Translations under genes and position numbers: made by a program
Shown: one piece after another, positions 10,958-19,834 of the stretch
Layout of the letters: every line of letters begins with the position of its first letter
Position numbering within the stretch: the stretch's first letter is position 1
The notes under the pieces: model-generated
The model's database searches: none
What the model was told of the DNA's origin: nothing
The model's input: the letters and a program-made list of their open reading frames with translations, nothing else
Assembly (NCBI GenBank): GCA_963699135.1
Contig: OY969415.1
Location: forward strand, 2,551,196-2,615,195
Length of the DNA stretch: 64,000 bases
Origin: an uncultured Armatimonadetes bacterium
GTDB lineage: Bacteria > Armatimonadota > Hebobacteria > Hebobacterales > Hebobacteraceae
Direction: 5' to 3'

Positions 10958-11695
10958 ATGAAACCGATCTACTTACTCGCGATGATGGCCGTCGTTGCAG
11001 TCGTCGGCTGCGACAACGTCCTTCAGCTCGACCGCGGCACGGAGATCCAGATAGGCCAACAGGGCGCGGCCGATCTGGAGAAGCAGAACGGGGTGGTGAA
11101 CGATCCCGTGCAACTGGCGCGGCTGAATACCATTGGCAAGCGGTTGGCCGCGGTGTCAGAGGAGCCGAGCTTCCCGTGGACGTTCAAGATTCTCAACCAG
11201 AAGGAAGTCAATGCGGTGGCGCTGCCGGGCGGGTTCGTTTACGCCACCAAGGGGCTGATGGATTACGCCAAGGATGACGGTGAACTCGCCGGCGTCATTG
11301 GCCACGAGGTCACTCATGCCGCCCACCACCACGGCAAAGCGGCTATCGAGAAGGCGATGCAAGAGGGGCTGCTAGTCGAACTCGTGACGGGGAAGAGCGC
11401 GGCCTCAGTGCAGCAGGCCGCCAAGCTCGCGCTCAATCTGGAACTGCGCGAAGGCTACCGCGACAAGGAGTACGAGGCCGACCACTACGGCACCATCTAC
11501 GCCTCCAAGGCCGGCTACGAGGCTCCGGGCTTGCTGAAACTGCTGGAGTACCTCTACACCAAAGAGGGCGACCCCTCCCGCATCACCTGGCTCCTGCAAA
11601 GCCACCCCCCACTCTCCAAGCGTATCGGCCGGCTGGAGGAGTTCATCCCCCAGCTTACGGGGAAGCCGCTGCCGAAGGAGTTGGTGGTCAAGTAG
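10958..11695 (+). CDS. M48 family zinc metallopeptidase (lipoprotein)
   Basis: Lipobox-like AVVAVVGC, an HExxH motif (GHEVTHAAHHH), and a downstream E (YEADHYG). Confidence 0.85.
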   Translation: MKPIYLLAMMAVVAVVGCDNVLQLDRGTEIQIGQQGAADLEKQNGVVNDPVQLARLNTIGKRLAAVSEEPSFPWTFKILNQKEVNAVALPGGFVYATKGLMDYAKDDGELAGVIGHEVTHAAHHHGKAAIEKAMQEGLLVELVTGKSAASVQQAAKLALNLELREGYRDKEYEADHYGTIYASKAGYEAPGLLKLLEYLYTKEGDPSRITWLLQSHPPLSKRIGRLEEFIPQLTGKPLPKELVVK

Positions 11696-11728
11696 CGGAT
11701 GGCATCATCGCGACCCCCCGCAAAGCCA

Positions 11729-11761
11729 GCGCGCCGTGGAGATCGTCTCTCCACGGCGCGC
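11729..11761. terminator. large perfect hairpin between convergent genes (M48 peptidase / GyrA-CTD mini-protein)
   Basis: A 14-bp stem GCGCGCCGTGGAGA / TCTCCACGGCGCGC with a 5-nt loop. The U-tracts are weak on both strands. Confidence 0.45.
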
Positions 11762-11812
11762 GCTATCTCCCCTGCTTGCGCAGGTTATGTTGGATCCAGC
11801 GAGATATCCCGG

Positions 11813-12103
11813 TTAGAGAGCTACGACGGCGACGACCTTGTCGCCCTCGTTCAGCCGGATGGCTCGCACGCCCTGGGCGCCGCGGCCCATCTGGCGCAGG
11901 TCGTCGGCAGCGAAGCGAATGGCACGGCCGCCGGCGGTGACGACCATCACGCTCTGGGCGCTCAGCCCGACCGCACCCACCACCGCGTCGCCTTCGTTCA
12001 CCGCCATCGCGCCGATGCCGCCGCCACCCCGACCCTGCGTCCTGAATTCCTCGACTGAGGTCCGCTTGACCATCCCGTTCTTGGTGACCAGCACCACGTC
12101 CAT
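11813..12103 (-). CDS. stand-alone GyrA C-terminal beta-pinwheel repeat protein (two blades, 96 aa)
   Basis: MDVVLVTKNGMVKRTSVEEFRTQGRGGGGIGAMAVNEGDAVV...VMVVTAGGRAIRFAADDLRQMGRGAQGVRAIRLNEGDKVV matches the GyrA/ParC CTD blade pattern (RGGkG..., gR.a.GVr). A strong AAGGAGG lies 10 nt upstream of the ATG at 12103. Confidence 0.6.
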   Translation of the reverse strand: MDVVLVTKNGMVKRTSVEEFRTQGRGGGGIGAMAVNEGDAVVGAVGLSAQSVMVVTAGGRAIRFAADDLRQMGRGAQGVRAIRLNEGDKVVAVVAL

Positions 12104-12390
12104 TGTTCGCACGCCTCCTTTGATCTGGGGTTCAAGTGCCCCCGGTGTTTCGCGTCTGCCGAAGCGACAGCCCCGGCCCGTCTCCTCGTCCTCACGGACG
12201 GGGCGAGGCCACCGCCTCGCCGCCTCTGAAGAACCTTACCATACGCCCCTGGAACCTTCTAACGCCCTTCCAGGCTTCCTACGCCGAAATCGACCTTTTT
12301 TCGCCTCCGCCGATGCGCAGGCTGGGCGCCCTCTCCTGTCGAAGGCCACCCGGCACCAGCAGGCCAGCCCGACTGCGGTGTGGAGGCGCG

Positions 12391-12707
12391 ATGATGGCGG
12401 CGACGGTGAAGATCACGGTGCTGAGGCGCACCCGCTTCGACGATTTCCTGGAGAAGTACGGCACTCACGTCTGGGAGCCGTGCGACGCTTTCCGAGAGGG
12501 TGGGGGGTTCCTGGTGGGAAAATGCTGTGCGATGCCTGAGGGCTTCTGTAGCTGGGCCTGGTGCGATATTCAGAAGTACGTGCTTACGCTCGCCGGGGCG
12601 GGGACTTCGTGGGAAGCAGGCCCGGTGTGACCGTCACTTGCTGCACCGACGGCTACCGGCCCGTGTTCTTCGCCATCGAGCGCATCGATACGGTCGAGGC
12701 TGAGTAG
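12391..12707 (+). CDS. TIGR04076-family small Cys-rich protein; 1 frameshift inside G-runs at 12595-12603
   Basis: MMAATVKITVLRRTRFDDFLEKYGTHVWEPCDAFREGGGFLVGKCCAMPEGFCSWAWCDIQKYVLTLAG, then in the next frame GDFVGSRPGVTVTCCTDGYRPVFFAIERIDTVEAE, with a stop at 12705-12707. Confidence 0.6.
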
Positions 12708-12764
12708 CCGCTGGCACGTGGGCGACGCTGCTCTGCCAGGAATCTGCAATCAGGAGAGGTGGTC

Positions 12765-13341
12765 ATGACTACCCCAGGGGGCCGCTATGTCGGCCCGTAC
12801 ACGATTTTGCACTCCAAGCCGATCTACGAGAACCAGTGGCTCAAACTGCGGGAGGATCGCGTCCAGCGACTCGGCGGGGAGGAGTCTCTCTTCAGCGTCG
12901 TGGCGATGCGCGCCGGGGTCACCGTGCTGCCCATGGAGGAGAACGGCGACGTTCACCTGGTGAAGGAGTTCAAGTACGGCATCGGACAGGAGTCGCTGGA
13001 GGCGATCAGCGGCGCCATCGAGTCGGGGGAGAACGCCGAGACCGCGGGCCTGCGGGAGCTGAGCGAGGAAGCCGGTCTCATCGCCCTAGAGTGGGTGGAC
13101 ATGGGCGTGCTCAATCCCTTCACCACCATCATCAACTCCCCCAACCACACTTTTCTCGCCAGGAAGCTCTCTCACTCCCACCGGCTGCCTCAGGCCGGCG
13201 AGAAGCTGGAGGTGGTGACGATGCCCTTCGAGGATGTCCTCCGCGCCGTTCCTCAAGGGAGAGATCACCCACGCCGCCTCTTGTGTGCTCATTCTCAAGA
13301 CCCAGCTCTTCCTGGAGAAGGAGCGAAAGGGGAGGAGGTAA
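12765..13341 (+). CDS. NUDIX hydrolase (ADP-ribose pyrophosphatase-like); 1 frameshift about 13248-13253
   Basis: AGGAGAG RBS. Nudix box GAIESGENAETAGLRELSEEAG (Gx5Ex7REUxEExGU). The C-terminal helix continues in another frame (LKGEITHAASCVLILKTQLFLEKERKGRR, stop 13339-13341). Confidence 0.8.
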
Positions 13342-13372
13342 CGTGTTAGGCTCTGTAAAGTTCTATAAAGAT

Positions 13373-13401
13373 TTCCATAGTACGTCTATATATGGTATAA
13401 T
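13373..13401 (+). promoter_or_regulatory. sigma70-like promoter of the HTH-PIN pair
   Basis: TTCCAT (13373-13378), a 17-nt spacer and a perfect TATAAT (13396-13401), in the most AT-rich stretch of the window. It is followed by palindromes GGTATACC (13412-13419) and CTGTC...GACAG (13403-13407 / 13421-13425). Confidence 0.5.
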
Positions 13402-13437
13402 ACTGTCTGCTGGTATACCTGACAGACGGAGCAGACG

Positions 13438-13767
13438 ATGACGGTACAACTCCCGGAGCTGCTGACAGTTGAGGAAGTGGCGGCCTACCTCAAACTGCAC
13501 CCGGTCACTGTCCTGCGATTCGCGCGGCAGAAGCGGCTGCCGGGTTTCAAGATCGGCCGGGAGTGGCGGTTCCGTGCGGACGATATCAAGCTGTGGCTGG
13601 AGATTCGCAGTGAGTCGCGGGAGGAGTTCGCGCGACGCTTCGAGTCACTGATGGAGCGGATTCGCCAGAAGGCAGAGAGCGCTGGCTACGGTCCTGATGA
13701 TGTGCCGCGGCTGATCGAGGAAGTGCGCGAAGCGAGGCGTCAGCGGCGGGTTGCTCCGCGTGCTTAG
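13438..13767 (+). CDS. helix-turn-helix (excisionase/MerR-like, HTH_17) DNA-binding protein; putative antitoxin
   Basis: ELLTVEEVAAYLKLHPVTVLRFARQKRLPGFKIGREWRFRADDIKLWL is a classic excisionase-family HTH. It overlaps the downstream PIN gene. Confidence 0.75.
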   Translation: MTVQLPELLTVEEVAAYLKLHPVTVLRFARQKRLPGFKIGREWRFRADDIKLWLEIRSESREEFARRFESLMERIRQKAESAGYGPDDVPRLIEEVREARRQRRVAPRA

Positions 13768-14164
13768 GGTTGTGCTCGACACGAACGTCGTTGTCTCTGG
13801 CATCCTTGGCAACCGCTGCCGAGAGATCATGGACCACTGGCGACAAGGTGGATTCCTGCTGTGCCTCTCCGACGACATCACTGCCGAGTATCTCGAAGTG
13901 CTCGCACGCTTCCCCGACGTCGAATCCGAACTCCATGAGTTCTTGCTGCTGGTGGCCGAGGAGAGACATATACTGTTCGTGTACCCGGTGCACCAGCTCA
14001 CTGTCGTCGCCGACCCTGACGACGACATGTTCCTGGAGTGTGCGGTCGCGGCGCAGGCCGACGTGATTGCCTCGGGCGACCGTCACTTACTCGCCCTGGG
14101 TCGGTTTCGAGGCATCCCGATCCAGACCCCAGCGGAGTTCCTGGCATCACTGCGCAGCAAGTAA
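13760..14164 (+). CDS. PIN-domain toxin (putative TA-system toxin component, PIN family)
   Basis: VVLDTNVVVSG (first acidic residue), ...DPDDDMFLECAVAAQADVIASGDRHLL (distal acidic residues). Possible starts are TTG 13751, GTG 13760 or GTG 13772. It overlaps the HTH gene stop (13765-13767). Confidence 0.8.
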   Translation: MLRVVLDTNVVVSGILGNRCREIMDHWRQGGFLLCLSDDITAEYLEVLARFPDVESELHEFLLLVAEERHILFVYPVHQLTVVADPDDDMFLECAVAAQADVIASGDRHLLALGRFRGIPIQTPAEFLASLRSK

Positions 14165-14177
14165 CAGCGAACGGACG

Positions 14178-15422
14178 CTAGCGCGCGTACTCCTCCGCCA
14201 GTTCCACTGCTATCCGCGCCCAGTCCGACATGCGCTCGGGGCGGCCGTGGCAGGTGTGCAGGTCCTTCATCAGGATGGCTACGGCGCAGCCCCGCGTTGC
14301 CTCCAGCACTCGCCGCAGGTCCGCCCGCACCGTTTCCACATCCCAGGTGTCGCCGGCCATGATCGCCGGATTCGGCTTGTAGGCGAAGATCAGCTCCTTG
14401 CCGACCGCTGCCGCGCCCTCCTCCACGTTCACCCAGGGGCTCATGGAGATGATGCGCAGCTTCGGCAGGTGCTTCCGGGAGATCTCGACCTTTCGGTGCA
14501 GCGGCTCACAGCACCCGTAGCTGCTGAGGCCGAATCGGTTGAGCAGTTGCGCCTCGTATCGCAGCGCGAACTCCTCGTGCATCGCCGGGGAGACATCGGC
14601 GAAGATCTGGGTGGAAGCGTGGCCCCACAGGTCCTGGACGCGGACGCGCCCGTCGAAGTCAGGCTGCGGCAGCTCGTCGGTGAACCCGAGCCCCTGCGAC
14701 CCCACTCGCACGTTCCCGTTGTTCAGGCCGAGCGCGCCCTGTGCTTCCAGCGCGTCCAGCTCGGCCGCGTGCCCGTCCGTCATCCGCTGCATTACCCGGT
14801 GTAGCCACGCGGGGCGGTCCAACATGTCCAGGAACGCCTGCTCGAGCCCCCGCCACTGGATGAATGTGTCGAAGATGGAGAACCAGAAATCGTGTCGCCC
14901 GATCTTCTCCACCCGCAGGATGCCGCCATATAGGTCGCAGTGCCGCTGGTACCTGCGCTCCGTCTCCTCCCAGTCGACGGTGATCTGAGGCGTCTGTATC
15001 TTCTCGATATCGTCTTCGGCTTCGATCGTCGCGAGGTACCGCGACGCCCCAAACCAGTGATCGGGGTCCTCGCTTTTCACCTCGATGCCGAACTCGGTGT
15101 CGTGGATGGCGATAGGCACATGCACGACATCCTCGAACACCATGTCGGCCCGCTGGTGTTCCCATTGGTAGAGCAGCCGACGCAGCAGTTGCTCCTGACG
15201 GCGCAGGAAGCGGTCCGCGCACTGCAGCGTGTCATCGATCCCCGTGTCCGGCCAGGCGCTGCCCTCCAGCATCTGGAGCCACACCATCGGGCGTACAGGG
15301 TCGAGCCGGTTGAGCCGCCGCCACAGTTCGGCCTTCTCCTGCTGAATGGGGAGCGCGGCGATCTCGGCAAGCTGCTTGGCGAGGTCGCGGACGAGGGTGG
15401 TTTCCGACGTGGCAATGCTCAT
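14178..15422 (-). CDS. hypothetical protein, tentatively URO-D/MtaA-like TIM-barrel family
   Basis: 414 aa from the ATG at 15422 (MSIATSETTLVRDLAKQLAEIAALP...). The C-terminal half (..RIISMSPWVNVEEGAAAVGKELIFAYKPNPAIMAG..ILMKDLHTCHG..) resembles the uroporphyrinogen-decarboxylase-like fold. The function call is weak. Confidence 0.5.
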   Translation of the reverse strand: MSIATSETTLVRDLAKQLAEIAALPIQQEKAELWRRLNRLDPVRPMVWLQMLEGSAWPDTGIDDTLQCADRFLRRQEQLLRRLLYQWEHQRADMVFEDVVHVPIAIHDTEFGIEVKSEDPDHWFGASRYLATIEAEDDIEKIQTPQITVDWEETERRYQRHCDLYGGILRVEKIGRHDFWFSIFDTFIQWRGLEQAFLDMLDRPAWLHRVMQRMTDGHAAELDALEAQGALGLNNGNVRVGSQGLGFTDELPQPDFDGRVRVQDLWGHASTQIFADVSPAMHEEFALRYEAQLLNRFGLSSYGCCEPLHRKVEISRKHLPKLRIISMSPWVNVEEGAAAVGKELIFAYKPNPAIMAGDTWDVETVRADLRRVLEATRGCAVAILMKDLHTCHGRPERMSDWARIAVELAEEYAR

Positions 15423-15484
15423 GCGGGTCTCCGTTGCGGGTGAGTGTGCGAAGGCACCGTCCGGCAGGCGCATCTCTGCAGGGG

Positions 15485-16048
15485 CTACGCCCCCCGCGCC
15501 AGCTCTATCCCCCTGGCGAATGCCTGGATATTCAGCTCGATCACCGCGGGCTTGCTCCCCGCTTCGTGCCCTACCGTGCGGATGGCGTCCTCCAGGCTGG
15601 CAGGGGGGATCACCGGCCGCTCGCCGAGGAAGGCGCCGAGCATGACGACGTTGGCGATTCTGATGTCGCCCATCTCCTCGGCGATCTCGTTCGCCGGAAC
15701 GCGCAACACCTGACACCCGTTCGCGCCGATCTCGTCGGGGATGAGCGAGCTGTTGAGGACCAGGAGCCCGTCCGGCTTCACCAGACGGGCGAACTTCCGC
15801 AGCGAGCTGCGGTCCATGATCAGCAGCGTATCGGCGACAGAGACCTCCGGCGACCCGATGCGCCGGGAGGAGATGATGACCGTACAGTGCACCTCGCCTC
15901 CGCGCATCTCCGGCCCGTAAGACGGCGCCCACACCACCTGGTGTCCCTCGGCCAGCGCGGCGTTAGCCAGCAGCTTGCCGGCCAGCACCACCCCCTGCCC
16001 GCCGAAGCCTGCGATCACCACTCCGTGAAGAAGGGGTTCTGCGGTCAT
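15485..16048 (-). CDS. 2-oxoacid:ferredoxin oxidoreductase, gamma subunit
   Basis: MTAEPLLHGVVIAGFGGQGVVLAGKLLANAALAEGHQVVWAPSYGPEMRGGEVHCTVIIS. The ATG overlaps the beta-subunit stop (ATGA). Confidence 0.85.
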   Translation of the reverse strand: MTAEPLLHGVVIAGFGGQGVVLAGKLLANAALAEGHQVVWAPSYGPEMRGGEVHCTVIISSRRIGSPEVSVADTLLIMDRSSLRKFARLVKPDGLLVLNSSLIPDEIGANGCQVLRVPANEIAEEMGDIRIANVVMLGAFLGERPVIPPASLEDAIRTVGHEAGSKPAVIELNIQAFARGIELARGA

Positions 16049-16818
16049 GGCTTCTCCCGCAGCGGCTCCGCTACCACAAACTCCTTCAGCGGGTAGTACG
16101 GAATCATGTGCTCTTCCAGCCAGGACATCGCCTTGTCTGGCCCCATCGCCCAGCGCGTCGGGCAGGTGGAGAGAATCTCGACCAGGGAGAAGCCAAGGCC
16201 GTCGATCTGCGCGCGGAAGGCTTTGCGCACCGCCTTCGTTGCCTCTCGCACGTGCCGCGGGTTGGTGACGGTGACGCGGGCAATGTAGGCGGGGCCGTCC
16301 AGCGCGCTCAGTAGCTCGCACACCCGGATGGGGTTGCCAGCGAGTTTCGTGTCTCGGCCGAGGGGAGTCGTCGAGGTCCTCTGGCCCGGCAGCGTCGTGG
16401 GCGCCATCTGGCCGCCCGTCATACCGTAGACCGCGTTGTTGATGAAGATGATGGTGATGTTCTCGCCCCGGGCCGCGGCGTGAATGGTCTCGCTCATCCC
16501 AATGGAGGCGAGGTCACCGTCGCCCTGGTAGGTGAACACGAAGAGGTCGGGGCGCACCCGCTTGATCCCCGTCGCCACCGCCGGCGCCCGGCCGTGGGCC
16601 GCTTCCACCATGTCGCAGGAGAAGTAGTCGTAGGCGAATACGGCACACCCAACCGGCGCCATTCCCACCGCCCGGTCCACCAGGCCGAACTCGTCCAGCA
16701 TCTGGGCGACGATGCGGTGCGCGATCCCGTGCGTGCACCCTGGGCAGTAGTGCATGCGCACGGGCTCCAGCGCCTGCGGCCGCTCCCACACCACTTGCTG
16801 ACCCGGCTGACGCTCCAT
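16045..16818 (-). CDS. 2-oxoacid:ferredoxin oxidoreductase, beta (TPP-binding) subunit
   Basis: CPGCTHG near the N-terminus, a TPP motif (YQGDGDLASIGMSE...NNAVYGMTGGQ), 257 aa. Confidence 0.9.
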   Translation of the reverse strand: MERQPGQQVVWERPQALEPVRMHYCPGCTHGIAHRIVAQMLDEFGLVDRAVGMAPVGCAVFAYDYFSCDMVEAAHGRAPAVATGIKRVRPDLFVFTYQGDGDLASIGMSETIHAAARGENITIIFINNAVYGMTGGQMAPTTLPGQRTSTTPLGRDTKLAGNPIRVCELLSALDGPAYIARVTVTNPRHVREATKAVRKAFRAQIDGLGFSLVEILSTCPTRWAMGPDKAMSWLEEHMIPYYPLKEFVVAEPLREKP

Positions 16819-17901
16819 CTATGCCTTCGCCTCCACCCCTAGCCCTTCGATCTCCGACAGAATCTCCGCGGGGGTGATGATGATGCCGCCCGTCCGGCCG
16901 AGGAAATGCACCGGGCACCGGCCGACCACCGCCCGCTCCACGTCCTCGACCATCTGCCCCAGACTCAGCTCCACCACCAAGATGTGCTTGACGCGCTCGG
17001 CCCGCGCCGCGATCTCTTTCATCGGGAACGGAAAGAGGCTGATCGGCCGGAAGAGGCCGGCCTTCAGCCCACGCTCCCGCGCCTGCTCGACCGCGCTCAC
17101 CGCCACGCGTGCGGCGGTGCCATAGGCGACCACCGCCACCTCCGCATCGTCACAGCTCTCGGTCTGAAACCGGACCTCACGCTTGGCGGCGTCATCATAG
17201 CGCGCCTGGATGCGCAAGTTCACCCGCTCCAGGTCGGGGGCATAGATGTAGAGCGAGTTGATGATATTGCGCTTGCGGCCTTTCGCGCCATCGGTCGCCC
17301 ACGGTTTTCGCGGCAGCTTCGCCGGGTCGACGACTTCCTCGGGGAGCACCACGGGCTCCATCATCTGCCCCAACATGGCGTCGCCGAGGATGAGCACGGG
17401 GTTACGATAGCGGTCGGCGATCTCGAAAGCCTGCCGCGTCAGATCGTACATCTCCTGCACCGACCAGCCGGCGAAGACCAGCGTGTGGTAGTCGCCGTGC
17501 CCGCCGCCCTTCACCGCCTGGAAGTAGTCGGACTGCGACGGCGCGATGTTGCCCAGACCCGAGCCGCCGCGCATGATGTTCACCACCACGCAGGGAAGCT
17601 CGGCCTCGGCGAGATAGGAGATGCCTTCCTGCTTCAGGCTGACCCCGGGGCTAGAGGAAGCCGTCATCGCCCGCACCCCTGCCGCCGCCGCGCCGTAGAC
17701 CATGTTGATCGCCGCCAGTTCGCTCTCGGCCTGGAGGAACACGCCCCCCTCCTCCGGCATGTGCCTGGCGAACTCGTCGGGGATCTGGTTCTGGGGGGTG
17801 ATCGGATAGCCGAAGAAAGCGCGACAGCCGGCATCCAGCGCCGCCCGCACGATCGCCTCATTTCCTCGCATCAGTATCCGCTTACCGCGGGGAACCATCA
17901 T
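16819..17901 (-). CDS. 2-oxoacid:ferredoxin oxidoreductase, alpha subunit
   Basis: MRGNEAIVRAALDAGCRAFFGYPITPQNQIPDEF...FLQAESELAAINMVYGAAAAGVRAMTASSSPG. 360 aa, immediately upstream of the beta subunit. Confidence 0.9.
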   Translation of the reverse strand: MMVPRGKRILMRGNEAIVRAALDAGCRAFFGYPITPQNQIPDEFARHMPEEGGVFLQAESELAAINMVYGAAAAGVRAMTASSSPGVSLKQEGISYLAEAELPCVVVNIMRGGSGLGNIAPSQSDYFQAVKGGGHGDYHTLVFAGWSVQEMYDLTRQAFEIADRYRNPVLILGDAMLGQMMEPVVLPEEVVDPAKLPRKPWATDGAKGRKRNIINSLYIYAPDLERVNLRIQARYDDAAKREVRFQTESCDDAEVAVVAYGTAARVAVSAVEQARERGLKAGLFRPISLFPFPMKEIAARAERVKHILVVELSLGQMVEDVERAVVGRCPVHFLGRTGGIIITPAEILSEIEGLGVEAKA

Positions 17902-17926
17902 CCTCTACCTGCTCCCACCCTGCGCT

Positions 17927-19066
17927 TTACAGCACCACCAGGTTATCCCGGTGGATAGCCTCGTCAAAATCGCGATGCCCCAGGCGCTTCACGATCTCCT
18001 TCGACTTGCACTGCTGGATCTTGCGCAGATCATCGGCGGCATAGTTCACCAGGCCCCGCGCGATCTCGCGCGACACCCCATTCTCGTCCATCACCACAGA
18101 TACCATGTCCCCCGACTGAAAATCCCCCTCTACCCCCACCACGCCCACTGGCAGCAGGCTCTTGCCTGCCGTCAGCACCGCCGCCGCCGCGCCTGCGTCC
18201 ACCAACAGCTTCCCCTTCGGCACCCGCGCGAAACCGATCCAGCGCTTCCGCGACCGCATCTTCGCCGGCTTCGGCAGGAAGATGGTGCCGATATCCTCTC
18301 CCGCCATGATGCGGTGAATCACCGAGGGCTCGCGGCCGTTGGCGATCACCATAATGACCCCCGCGCTCATCGCCAGCTTCGCCGACTCCACCTTCGTGCG
18401 CATCCCACCGCGACCTGCCGGCCCGGCCGAATCGCGGGCGGACTCCTGCATCTCGTGCGTGATCTCCCGCACCACCGGGATCAGCTTCGCGTGAGGGTCG
18501 TGGTGCGGATCGCCGCTGAAACAGCCGGCCACGTCGGACAGCGACAGCAGCAGATCCGCGTCCAGCTTCGACGCCACCACCGCCGCCAGCCGATCGTTCT
18601 CCCCGATCTGCACGCCCTCCGCTGATACCGAGTCGTTCTCGTTCAGCACCGGGATCACGTGGTACTCGGTCAGCAGCGTGCCCAGGGTGTTGCGGAGATG
18701 TAGATAGCGGCGATAGTCAGCGAACTCGGCCTGGGTCAGCAGCACCTGCGCGATGGGCTGGCCAAAGCGCCCGAAGATTTCGCGATAGCGCCACATCAGC
18801 TCGATCTGGCCCACCGCGGCTGTCGCCTGGCGCGCCGGAAGGTCGAGGCTTTGGTCGAGGATGCCGAGGCTGTGGCGCCCGGTGCGGATGGCGCCGCTGG
18901 TCACCAGCACTACCTGCTTGCCGGCGCGATGCAGTGCGACGATCTGCTCCGCCAGGTGGGCCAGATGCGCCTCATCCACCGCCCCCTCGGCCGTCGTAAC
19001 CACCTTCGAGCCGAGCTTGATGACGATGCGGGACGCGTCCTTCAGTTGCGTGCGATCAGCGGACAC
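17927..19066 (-). CDS. proB: glutamate 5-kinase (with C-terminal PUA domain)
   Basis: IVIKLGSKVVT...VVLVTSGAI...VLNENDSVS...DRLAAVVA, with a C-terminal PUA-like GKLLVDAGAAAAV..GKSLLPVGVVGVEGDFQSGDMV. 379 aa. Confidence 0.9.
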   Translation of the reverse strand: MSADRTQLKDASRIVIKLGSKVVTTAEGAVDEAHLAHLAEQIVALHRAGKQVVLVTSGAIRTGRHSLGILDQSLDLPARQATAAVGQIELMWRYREIFGRFGQPIAQVLLTQAEFADYRRYLHLRNTLGTLLTEYHVIPVLNENDSVSAEGVQIGENDRLAAVVASKLDADLLLSLSDVAGCFSGDPHHDPHAKLIPVVREITHEMQESARDSAGPAGRGGMRTKVESAKLAMSAGVIMVIANGREPSVIHRIMAGEDIGTIFLPKPAKMRSRKRWIGFARVPKGKLLVDAGAAAAVLTAGKSLLPVGVVGVEGDFQSGDMVSVVMDENGVSREIARGLVNYAADDLRKIQQCKSKEIVKRLGHRDFDEAIHRDNLVVL

Positions 19067-19119
19067 ACGCGCATTCTAACACGACGCAAGGAGGGTGTCT
19101 AACACCATCCGCGGCGTCC

Positions 19120-19650
19120 TCACGGGACCCGTAGCACCGTCCCGCTCATGAACCGGCCCTGTTCATAGGTCAGACGGATGCCTTCGCAGTGCGCAAAGCA
19201 CTCCCCCCAGGCTGCATGAGGCGCGTCGGGCAGACAAGCCACCGCGCTACTATCGATGTACCCTCCATGCGTGACGACCAGGACGCATTCCTGATCGCGC
19301 GCTCGGCTGGCAAGTGAAGTCCACTGTTCCCGGAGAGCGTCGGCGAATCTCCGACCAAGTGGAGCGGTGCTCAGGGTCTGCGCGCGCACCGGGAACGGCG
19401 TGCCTGGCGGCATCATCTGGCCCAGGGCGTCCCATTCGGCCTCAGAGAGCGGGACAGGGAGGTAGCGCTCATCCACCGCGAACCCCATCGCGATCGCGGT
19501 CTCGTACGTCCGCAACGAGGGGCTGGTCACCACGCGCGCGAACGGCCCCATGGACTCGCCAGCGCGGCGTGCCCGTGTGACACCCGTCTGTGACAGATGC
19601 TCTGTGTCTGGTGTGCGTGTGGAATGGCGGCGCAGCTCAAGGAGTCGCAT
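19120..19650 (-). CDS. histidine phosphatase family protein (phosphoglycerate-mutase-like)
   Basis: MRLLELRRHSTRTP (RHx motif), TSPSLRTYETA, VLVVTHGGYI. The start is taken at the internal ATG 19650 of track ORF 19120..19707. Confidence 0.8.
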   Translation of the reverse strand: MRLLELRRHSTRTPDTEHLSQTGVTRARRAGESMGPFARVVTSPSLRTYETAIAMGFAVDERYLPVPLSEAEWDALGQMMPPGTPFPVRAQTLSTAPLGRRFADALREQWTSLASRARDQECVLVVTHGGYIDSSAVACLPDAPHAAWGECFAHCEGIRLTYEQGRFMSGTVLRVP

Positions 19651-19780
19651 CGCCTCCCCCTTCCTCGGTGTGTTCCAGGAGGATTCCGCCCCCTGCCCAG
19701 ATGCCAATATGCACTCGCGACGCCAGCGCCGTCAACCGCGCCTGCGCCGGCCCCGGTGGCCACAGACCAGCCGGAAACCA

Positions 19781-19810
19781 GGGGCGGAGCATCTCGCGAT
19801 GCTCCGCCCC
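19781..19810 (-). terminator. terminator-like hairpin downstream of the prepilin-like gene
   Basis: A perfect 13-bp stem GGGGCGGAGCATC / GATGCTCCGCCCC with a 4-nt loop. The flanking U-tract is weak on both strands. Confidence 0.45.
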
Positions 19811-19834
19811 GTTTGCGTCAACACGCACGTCTGG

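Noticed and set aside
11813-12112. GTG start at 12112 for the GyrA-CTD mini-protein (track ORF start)
   Set aside because: The GGAGG would sit only about 1 nt from that GTG. The ATG at 12103 has proper 10-nt spacing.
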